Shown piece by piece: positions 1 to 8,116 of a stretch of DNA of 9,057 nt. The position numbers were made by a program, and so were the translations under genes. Location: positions 1 through 9,057 of the forward strand of contig NW_021828140.1 of the NCBI RefSeq assembly GCF_006345805.1. Reading direction: 5' to 3'. Position 1 is the first letter of the stretch. Every line of letters starts with the position of its first letter. Source of the DNA: Octopus sinensis (Eukaryota). The notes below the pieces were generated by a model. That model worked only from the letters and a program-made list of their open reading frames with translations, was not told the DNA's origin and ran no database searches.

Positions 1-300
1 GTGTACAAACAGTTCAGCCGCAGATGCCTTCTCACATATTCTTATAATTGCTCTTCCATACACCGACTCAGGTGGATTTTACAGAAATTCCAACTGATCA
101 AAAAGACAATGAAGAACTTTCAGATCTACGAAGAAATTAATGTTCCTCATATTTTCAGCTTGTAGTGATTATATTATTCAGTTTTTTTTTTGTTTTTTTT
201 TTTTTGTTGTTAAGCACAACCAAATGTGCATGTTATAATACTTTCAGCATTCAGACAGAAGTTTATGAAAAGTTAATCCTAGCCAATTATTATTTACTTA

Positions 301-596
301 CTAGCAGTATCGCCCGGCGTTGCTCGGGTTTGTAAGGGAAATAACTATATAAGCATTTTTAGAGAGTTATAGCCAAAAAATAGCAAAAAAATGCATTAAA
401 AATGGAAAAAAATTATGGTAAATTTTTTTTTAAATCGTTGACTCATCGTAGACGCGCGGTAATACCCAGAAGGGCTCTATATGAATCACGACTATAAGAT
501 ACCCGCTTTTGGTTACACTGCACCGCAAAATGTGGGAGTAGTTAGGAATCTAAATCGTAGGAGACAGACACACAACTTGACTTTTATATATAAAGA
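301..596 (-). mobile_element. Non-autonomous Helitron, copy 1 (296 bp)
   Basis: On the minus strand it starts with TC (596-595) after an A and ends with CTAG (304-301) before a T, i.e. an A|T insertion with no TSD. A GC-rich hairpin CCCGAGCAACGCCGGG (328-313) lies 12 nt from the 3' end. A second copy is at 5438-5934. Confidence 0.9.
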
Positions 597-1429
597 TATG
601 AAATAAATTGTTGTTTTTGCTGGACAGATATTGGTTCACTGTTCTATATTCCTTCTTGTCCTCCCTTCTTCCTGGCAAAAAGACTCTACTCAAACAGCTT
701 GCTCATGGACGACGCTGTGGCATAAAACGCTTATTTCTGTTAAGTAAATACAAAGACTCTATAACTTGAGAGCGAGGAAGAGAGAATATGAAGTTGTGAC
801 ATTCATACCTTTCCAAAGGTGTAGTGAAGTAAATTGCGTGGTTGTTAAAAATGCTGAAATAGCACCCACGTTGCACTCAGAGCATACCCAACTACCTTTA
901 AAATGGGCTTGTTGGATAATGTGTTTCTCGGTTCATTGTGTATAGGAAAAAGATGAAATAATCACGGCTTAAATGCTTCTGATCATCGGGTTGACACAGG
1001 GTTAAGTAGTGACAAAAATAACCTAAAGTAATTCCAATATTTCATGTTACTGAAGTCGTTTTCCAAAACTGCTTCTTATGCAAATGATGAAATCTAACGA
1101 TTAAGACATTTACGAAACATTGTCAACATGATGTCGAATGTTAAGTGAAGCGAATAAGTATTTCTGCAACCAGATATAATGAGTTATCAACAATAAAAAA
1201 AGAGCAGAGGAAAGCTGTTAAATACTTTGTTGACACATCTATCATAAATAATGAACTCACTGAACTACAACATGTTTTCAATGTTTACTGGCGTTTACTG
1301 GAACGTTAGAAATTACACACCCATACAGCTTTCAATTTATTTATCACTTTCTCTGTCACTCACTAATTTCTCCCCCACAGTCTATCTATCAAGATCTCTA
1401 TTAATTTATCTATCTTTCTATCTGCTTCT

Positions 1430-1467
1430 CTCTCTCCCCCTCTCTCCCTTTCACTTTCTCTCTCACC

Positions 1468-1533
<66 letters not shown>
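1430..1533. repeat. (CT)n microsatellite and pyrimidine tract
   Basis: Direct reading: a long ctctct run. Confidence 0.95.
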
Positions 1534-1537
<4 letters not shown>

Positions 1538-1769
1538 TTATCAATTTTCATTTTTGTCTCTCCTTCATATTTACATGCCTGTTAGCAACCCTTTTGCTCT
1601 TGTTGCTCTTCCCTAGTCGGCTAGCCGTTGCTCAGTTGTTTCAAAGAGTCCTATCTCATTCCATTTTGCTTTCATTCTTTACATTTATGTGTGTGTTTGT
1701 GTGTGTGTATATATATAGATCGGTAGCTACTACACGCATTTTTTTCTCTCCTTGTTTTTTTCTGTGTCC

Positions 1770-1805
1770 CTTTCTGTAGAAGAGCGTAGGCTCGAAACGT
1801 AAAAG
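1770..1805 (+). ncRNA. Minimal type-I hammerhead-like motif with variant core (CUGUAGA), probably a Penelope-like/retrozyme terminus
   Basis: cttt-CTGTAGA-a-gagc(gtag)gctc-GAAA-CGT-A-aaag. Stem I is cttt/aaag, stem II is gagc/gctc, helix III is the palindrome ACGT. The conserved A6 is replaced by U. Confidence 0.6.
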
Positions 1806-1984
1806 ACTTTTTCAATTCCTGAGCGTTATACTAATACATCTGTTTGTTTTGTACACCACCTGTCTTCGTCTTTTGTTGTTTGTTTTTCGTAAACTCTCCC
1901 AATATATATATATATATAAATGCTTTCCCAAGTAAATCTGTACCTCATATAAATATGAGAGACGCAAATGAAAACTGATAAAAC

Positions 1985-1997
1985 GAGAGAGAGAGAA

Positions 1998-2028
<31 letters not shown>

Positions 2029-2064
2029 AAAAGAGAGAGAGAGTGAGTGTGTGTGAGAGAGAGA
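1985..2064. repeat. (GA)n/(GACA)n/(GT)n compound microsatellite
   Basis: Direct reading. Confidence 0.9.
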
Positions 2065-2176
2065 AGCGAATGGAAAGATAGATATCTAGATAGATAAATT
2101 AAAATGTAACTACAAGTGGATTGTTGGCGATTTTTTTCCTCCATCTTCCTTTTCTCTTGGACTTTCCTCTGTCTCC

Positions 2177-2213
2177 TGTTTCTGAAGAAGAGCTTTGCTC
2201 GAAACGTAAAACA
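2177..2213 (+). ncRNA. Minimal type-I hammerhead ribozyme with intact core, Penelope-like/retrozyme type
   Basis: tgttt-CTGAAGA(2182-2188)-a-gagc(ttt)gctc-GAAA(2201-2204)-CGT-A(2208)-aaaca. It has a 5-bp stem I, a 4-bp stem II, a full CUGANGA/GAAA core and a GUA cleavage triplet. The loopless palindromic helix III matches the described PLE minimal hammerheads. Confidence 0.75.
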
Positions 2214-2327
2214 ACCTTCCTTTCCTTCCCCGAGCCTCTTAATATTTTTCATGTACCACGTCCCTCGCGTTGTTATTTTTGCTTGTGTTTTTTTCCTTCG
2301 TTTTTTATTTGGTGGGGGGATTAATTA

Positions 2328-2375
2328 CACATACACGCACACACACACACACACACGCACACACACATATATATA

Positions 2376-2410
<35 letters not shown>

Positions 2411-2420
2411 CACACACACA
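2328..2420. repeat. (CA)n/(TA)n compound microsatellite
   Basis: Direct reading. Confidence 0.95.
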
Positions 2421-2744
2421 GAAAAGCATTACCACTAGAAGAGGCACAAACATATGTAGGAAATGAATTAATGAGTCTGAGGTGTAAAAGCAGATTTTAT
2501 TAAAACATTTATGTATGTATAAAGATAGGTATATGAAGATGTCAAAAAAGACAATACGAAAACGAAAAAACCCTGGGAATGGAGATAGACAGAAAGTGAC
2601 AGAATCGAAAACAGTAATAGAGACGGAAAGGAAAAAAAGAATGGGTTTATGAGGGCCATAGAAATTCTACATAAGGATTCTAGCCAGATTGACAATTAAC
2701 AGGCTGAAGATACAACTGACCGGGGGGACATGTTACAGATAGTA

Positions 2745-2976
2745 GCGTGTGTGTGTATGTATATGTGTGTGTGTGTGAATGTGTTTATGTATGCATGCGC
2801 GCGCGTGTGTGTACGGATGCGCATGTATATGTCTTCATATATTACATAAACAGACATAAGCACATGCACAAGAACATCTCTCTCTATATAAATACATACA
2901 TATATACATATAGACACAAATATCAACACATAAACTTACATATACACTTACATACAAACATACACACATATATATA
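2745..2976. repeat. Degenerate (TG)/(CA)/(TA) low-complexity tract
   Basis: Direct reading: mostly alternating purine-pyrimidine. Confidence 0.85.
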
Positions 2977-3204
2977 TTTCTTTATTACCCACAAGGGCTA
3001 AACGTAGAGGGGACAAACGAGGACAGACAAACGGATTAAGTTGATTACATCGACCCCAGTGCGTAACTGGTACTTAATTTATCGACCCCGTAAGGATGAA
3101 AGGCAAAGTCGACCTCGGCAGAATTTGAACCCAGAACGTAACGGCAGACGAAATACGGCTACGCATTTCGCCCGACGTGCTAACGTTTCTGCCAGCTCGC
3201 CGCC
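2977..3204 (-). mobile_element. tRNA-derived SINE (cephalopod-type), apparently full length
   Basis: The minus strand starts GGCGGCGAGC, then an A-box-like TGGCAGAAACG (3194-3184) and a B-box-like GGTTCAAATTC (3131-3121). A central GCCTTTCATCCTTACGGGGTCGATAAATTAAGTACCAG block is recalled from MetaSINE/Sauria-type conserved domains. The A-rich 3' end (AATAAAGAAA) runs into (TA)n. The family name is from memory, not from a search. Confidence 0.85.
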
Positions 3205-3454
3205 TTATCTACACACATATATACCTGCACACACACATACACACACACACATATGGTCACCACTCAGTGTAAAATTAAAGACAGATCTCGAAGCAATCCA
3301 GCGAAGCTACACAAACATTGGCTCAATGCAACATATAAGCTACTGGGAGAGACTGTAAGAGTTGAAACTACTCCTTAGAACGTAGGCGGGAAAGGCATGC
3401 AGTTACATGACGTAACTGTTTTATTCATCTATAAAGAACACGCCTGAAACGGCT

Positions 3455-4419
3455 GTACTGAACTTCGTGGACTGCCTCTTGCTCACAATTGTTAATAGTA
3501 GTCGAAAAAGAGTGTTCAATACCTTGGCCTAGCGTTTTTGTCTTCTTCAAACTGATTGTGAAGCCGAAGTTCTCACAAGGTTATGTGAGGCTGTTCATGA
3601 GGTGTTGCAGTTGCTCCTTGTAGTATGTTTCTGGTGCGGCATTATCTGCAAATGGCATGACACTGATGATTACTTTGCGTACATTGGTTTCTGCCTCAGT
3701 CATAACAGACTAAACAGTTTCTTTCATCTCAAGGGTGGAGGTAAATACAATCAGCTGATGTTCTAAAGGCATGTTTCAGCATGACAGCAAAGAAGGTGCC
3801 AAACAAGGTGGAATGATGGTGAAGGCTTTTTTCACTCTATTACTGAAGGGATCCGAAGAAGAGTAATCGGACTGGATGACATCATTCTTTGTCTGTGTGG
3901 AATGATTGAATCAACCTAGAATAGCAACGTAGGGCACCTTATAATGCCAGAAATTTTGAAAAGGCCATCTCAACAAAGTTGAAGGCCCTTCGTGAAATCA
4001 ATGATAGCCATGCGGAGAGACTGTTTTTGCTTTCTGTTTTATTTTTTATTTATATTTTTTCCTTGTAACTATCAGGGAGAGAAAATCGCATCCATTGAGG
4101 CGCATTTTGATCTGAAACCACACCGAGACTCGAGGCAATCCTTTTAAGCAATTTTCTCCAGTCTGCTTACGACCACACGAACAGAAACTTTTCCAACAAT
4201 ACTCAGAAACAGGATTCCGCTACAGTTGTTGCAATCGCTTCAATCTCTTTTTTTTTTTTCTTGTACAGGATAATAACATTGCAGTCAGTCATTTCCTGTG
4301 GAAATTGCTTCTTCTTTCTAGTACAGGGACCTCAGATAATGCAACAGCGTGCTCTGTGCACATTTGACGACACCAGGTGAAATACTTCCAAGCTGGTGCC
4401 AGACCACTGGGACATCAAT
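3455..4419 (-). mobile_element. Decayed RTE-clade non-LTR retrotransposon, reverse-transcriptase region (stops and frameshifts)
   Basis: Manual minus-strand translation across frameshifts gives PQEMTDCNVIILYKK, DCNNCSGI (4236-4213), LSIVGKV, CGFR (4122-4111), QSLRMAIIDFTK (IDFTK 4002-3988), DGLFKI..CP, TLFGTFFAVMLKHAF, FADN (3652-3641), EQLQHLMN, FGFTISLKKT (about 3568-3540) and VHE. These are collinear with RTE/BovB-like RT motifs. Confidence 0.9.
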
Positions 4420-4426
4420 ACTTTAA

Positions 4427-4730
4427 CATATACATATACACATACATACATACATACATACATACATACATACATACATACATACATGCATGCATACATA
4501 CATACATACATGCATGCATACATACATACATACATACATACATGCATGCATGCATGCATGCATACATACATACATACATACATACATACATACATACATA
4601 CATACATACATACATGCATACATACATACATGCATGCATACATACATACATACATAAATGCATGCATACATACATGCATACATACATACATGCATGCATA
4701 AATATATATATATATATATATATGTATATA
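4427..4730. repeat. (TACA)n tetranucleotide array with interspersed TGCA units, ending in (TA)n
   Basis: Direct reading: about 68 tetranucleotide units. Confidence 0.97.
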
Positions 4731-4844
4731 AAATGCAAAATGGGAAAAGAACGCAAAACAGCCAAAGAGACGATACAAAAAAACACGGACGGGTCATTCG
4801 AAGCCTCTAATCTTCAGTCAAGAACCGGATCATCCTCGCAATTT

Positions 4845-4848
<4 letters not shown>

Positions 4849-4883
<35 letters not shown>
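4849..4883. repeat. (TA)n microsatellite
   Basis: Direct reading. Confidence 0.95.
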
Positions 4884-4888
<5 letters not shown>

Positions 4889-5177
4889 CTTATAATAATA
4901 AAAAATGCGCCACAAATCTTGTAAATACACCTACCAAGTATTTTCTGGTCTTGAAATAATAATTTATTTTGGCATATAATTTATCAAGCTGAAAATAAGG
5001 TCGTTTGTCATTTGTCTTTTGAGCAGATAACGTTTAAGCAAGAGACACCCGTAAAGAAGAAGACAGCAAGAAAAACACTAGTGGGATTACCAACCTTACA
5101 ACACTTCGATGTCAAGCAGGACACTTAGTAAACCATTAACAAGATGTTCATAGTTTACTGAGTATCTGGCGGCCTAC

Positions 5178-5437
5178 TTTTCAATTCAGACAAGATTTAT
5201 TTTTTGAAATGCAGACATACAGGAAAAATCTCGTTCGAATTTATGTATTCATTGGAGGTTTCCCCAGTATTTTAAGAGATACAGCTTTTCAAGAGAACAT
5301 AGTACAGATTTTTTGCACCCGTTAGTATAGGGTCTGGATTTGGAGACGATTTTTTCAATTGATGTCGAAACCAGTCTCTTCGTCTTTAAGTTTCCAGATA
5401 AAAACCGAAGGGTTTGTTGAATGCCTCTTATTAATAA
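5178..5437 (-). mobile_element. Decayed Penelope-like element, C-terminal part of the GIY-YIG endonuclease region
   Basis: Minus-strand translation gives INKRHSTNPSVFIWKLKDEETGFDIN*, then a +1 shift to KIVSKSRPYTNGCKKSVLCSLEKLYLLKY, then another shift to NSNEIFPVCLHFKK*ILSELK. This matches the recalled PLE pattern H.STELSKYIWKLK...WKI...PY.NG.K.C.LCL.EKL.IL...LN.R.E....C.H. Confidence 0.75.
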
Positions 5438-5934
5438 CTAGCAGTATCGCCCGGCGTTGCTCGGGTTTGTAAGGGAAATAACTATATAAGCATTTTTAGA
5501 GAGTTACTTCCCTTATAGATGCCAATTCGGGCTTTCTTAGCCATTTCTGTTTTGGTGTCTTCAAGCCATGAAGTCGTTGTTCTAAAAGAACGCTGGTCTC
5601 CTTGACACGCTTTACGACGTTGATTTCCTTCCCCACAGCTTCACGAGGGAGGGAAAGAAGGGGAGAAGCAAACAGTTGAGATGTGAACGTGGCGCCAACT
5701 CCGCCCATCGACAACCGAAAACTTATGCATTAAAAGGAATAAAAAATGATGTTAAATTATTTTTAAAATCGTAGACTCATCGTAGACGCGCGCTAATACC
5801 CAGACGGGCTCGATATGAATCACGACTATAAGATACCCGAATTTGGTTAAACTGCACCGCAAAATGTGGGAGTTAGTTAGAATCAAAATCGAAGGGGACA
5901 GACACTCACACAACTACAGTTTTATATATATAGA
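5438..5934 (-). mobile_element. Non-autonomous Helitron, copy 2 (497 bp)
   Basis: It has a 5' TC (5934-5933), a 3' CTAG (5441-5438), A|T flanks and the same subterminal hairpin as copy 1. Positions 5438-5506 are identical to 301-369, and 5725-5934 are homologous to 391-596. There is an extra internal segment at 5507-5724. Confidence 0.9.
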
Positions 5935-6054
5935 TTTCGATCAGGAAACCCTGGATAGCTGCATTTAAAACATTTATGTGTTTTTTATTGTAAGATTATT
6001 TTTATTCTCTTAGCTGATCAAGTGTTTTTCTATTTGTTGAAGTTTTACCACACA

Positions 6055-6210
6055 TTTACAGACACACACACACCACACACTCACACACACACACACACGC
6101 ACGCACGCACACACACACACACACACTCACACACACACACACACGCACGCACGCACACACCACACACACTCACACACTCACACACACACACACACACACC
6201 ACACACACAC
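6055..6210. repeat. (CA)n microsatellite with CG/CT variants
   Basis: Direct reading. Confidence 0.95.
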
Positions 6211-6314
6211 ATGAATATATAAATGTATATCCCCATAAACGCATATGCATAAATGTAAGTACACGTATATTAATGCGCGTGTATGTACGTGCGTGTCTGT
6301 GTACATGTATACAG

Positions 6315-6386
6315 AGAGGGAGCAAAAGAGAGAGAGTCAGAGAGAGAGAGAGAGGGAGAGAGAGAGTGTGTGTGTGTGTGTGTGTG

Positions 6387-6427
<41 letters not shown>

Positions 6428-6440
6428 TACGTGTGTGTAT
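6315..6440. repeat. (GA)n followed by (TG)n microsatellite
   Basis: Direct reading. Confidence 0.95.
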
Positions 6441-6660
6441 GAGAGATAGAGGCGGGAGAGAAACGGAAGTGTTGTTACTGAACAATCTGCGCAAAGAATA
6501 TGTTGGGTAATTGGAGTAAGTTTGTGCAAAGCTTGCCACGCTCCCGAACAGGTATATAGGGTGGGTGCCACGTGCCAGACACAAAAGGTTGTTTGCAAGG
6601 AAAGTGGATGCAAAACCGAAATAGATCGATGCATATTTCCTTCACTATTGTAGGACATTT

Positions 6661-6990
6661 CATGTGTGTGTGTCTATATATATATGTGTGTGTGTGTCTA
6701 TATATATGTGTGTGTGTGTGTGTGTGTATGTGCGTGTGTGCATGTACGTGCATGTATGGTATGTATGTGCATGTATGGTTTGTATGTGGGTGCATGTATG
6801 TGCATGCATGGTATGTGTGTGTGTGTGCACTTGTTTGTATGTGCGTGTGTGTGCGTATGTGTGTGCGCGCGCGCATCCGTTCGTCCATCCGTGGATTAGG
6901 GTGTCTATGTTTGCGTGTACACAAACATACAGGGAGAGAGAGAAAGAGAGAGACAGAGATAGAGAGACAGACAGACAGACAGACATACAG
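6661..6990. repeat. Compound (TG)/(TA)/(GA)/(GACA) low-complexity tract
   Basis: Direct reading. Confidence 0.9.
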
Positions 6991-7015
6991 AAAAAGAATG
7001 ACATACATTTTCCAG

Positions 7016-7034
7016 TTGGTTCAATATGACGAAG
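7016..7034 (+). CDS. Candidate 19-nt micro-exon
   Basis: Acceptor catttTCCAG ends at 7015 and a perfect donor AAG|GTAAGT starts at 7035. Two open readings: LVQYDE(G) or WFNMTK. Confidence 0.25.
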
Positions 7035-7363
7035 GTAAGTAACATACACGAATATTCGAAGACTATTCAAACAGTACGGGTTGCTCATCTTACAGTGTTC
7101 AGCAATGCCAAAGTTGACCAAATGATGACTACTTTCTGGTTCTAGTCCACTGTGAGATACACAGAAGCACAGCAATTCTTGCAGAGGAAGAGAAAAAAAT
7201 GTATGGTCCAGCGTGAAACTGAACTCATTATCAATTGTGATTGGCTGCCTTGGTGGTCCATTTTTTTCCATACCTCATACGAAGCATAACACGCACGCAC
7301 ACATATAAACACACACAATTACACACTCACATGCACATGCACACGCACGCACACGCCATAGAC

Positions 7364-7668
7364 CCTAGGTTCTCAAACTGTACGCTACCGCACCCTTCCC
7401 GGTGGGTGTTGATCGGGTCCAGGTAGGTGCTGGTAGAGAAAAAGAGGCAGTGGGTGAAAAGCAGTGGTTTGGGGGACGCTTATGAATTTATATTATTATA
7501 GTATTATGTATACAAATTATATAATATTGTATTAAATATAAAATTATTCATAGTATACATAAATTAGCAAAATATAAAAGTTTTATTATACATAAAAATA
7601 GGGGAGGGGCCCCGAGGTTATTGTGTGGCCATGAGGGGGCCGTGGCTCAAAAAGTTTGAGAACCTCTG
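7364..7668. mobile_element. hAT (Charlie-like) MITE, 305 bp
   Basis: 16-bp TIRs CCTAGGTTCTCAAACT (7364-7379) and AGTTTGAGAACCTCTG (7653-7668) with 2 mismatches. There is a perfect 8-bp TSD CCATAGAC (7356-7363 and 7669-7676) containing TAGA, as in the Charlie target consensus NTCTAGAN. The interior is AT-rich and non-coding. Confidence 0.92.
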
Positions 7669-7817
7669 CCATAGACCAAAAGTCATGGAGAGATAGGTGG
7701 ACCATGCATTTACACGAACACACTGACACACAAGTGTGTATACGTTGTCCCATAAGTTATTGATAAGGAGAACACACGCATATTTACACATAAGCGTCGT
7801 AAGAAATAATAGGGGAT

Positions 7818-8116
7818 GGCTGGAGCGTCGAACGAATAGGGGACGAAAGTTGGCGGAATTAGTGGAGCGTTGAAAGAAATGATGAAGAATCGTTAGCAGA
7901 ATGGTGGTTCGTTGAAAGTAATAGTGGAGAATGGTTGGAAGAATCGGTGGCGCTGTCGACCGAAATGATAGTGGATGGTTGGTAAATCGGTGAATCATCG
8001 AAAGAAATGGTAAAGGGTGGTTAACAAAATCAGTTGAGCGTTGAAAGAAATGGTGGAGAATGGGTGACAGTATCGGTGGTGCGTCGAACCAAATAACTTG
8101 TAGAATTTGGTTAGGT
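7818..8116. repeat. Degenerate 43-bp minisatellite, about 7 units
   Basis: Unit starts fall at 7818, 7860, 7902, 7945, 7988, 8031 and 8074. Approximate consensus: CGGTGGAGCGTTGAAAGAAATGGTGGAGAATGGTTGGAAGAAT. Confidence 0.85.

Noticed and set aside
72-140. Possible terminal exon VDFTEIPTDQKDNEELSDLRRN*
   Set aside because: Short, with a modest acceptor and no supporting evidence.
1251-2379. Leu/Ser-rich and Arg/Glu-rich ORFs
   Set aside because: Artefacts of (CT)/(GA) tracts.
2705-2740. CTGAAGA heptamer as a hammerhead core
   Set aside because: No stem II or GAAA follows.
3663-3690. CTGATGA heptamer as a hammerhead core
   Set aside because: It is antisense to the RTE coding region, with no stem II or GAAA.
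4332-4895. Long ORFs (THTYIH / MYVCMY repeats)
   Set aside because: These are translations of the TACA/TGCA array, which has no stops in these frames.
5025-5126. Plus-strand 33-codon stretch ITFKQETPVKKKTARK... after a CAG acceptor
   Set aside because: No convincing donor or homology, and it lies in probable PLE 3' sequence.
5496-5714. 72-aa ORF inside the Helitron extra segment
   Set aside because: No RepHel or other recognisable motif, and the length is within chance for GC-richer DNA.
7113-7170. Minus-strand peptide GLEPESSHHLVNFGIA resembling kinase DFG
   Set aside because: It lacks the HRD and DFG residues and the correct spacing, so it is a chance resemblance.
6022-7271. Cluster of 60-200 aa ORFs
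   Set aside because: They are driven by (CA)/(TG)/(GA) microsatellites and give low-complexity peptides with no domain.
7618-7998. 126-aa ORF over the minisatellite and MITE end
   Set aside because: It crosses unrelated elements and is open only because of repeat composition.
7818-8116. CRISPR-like reading of the 43-bp periodic array
   Set aside because: There are no invariant repeats with unique spacers, the whole unit is degenerate, and the context is eukaryotic.
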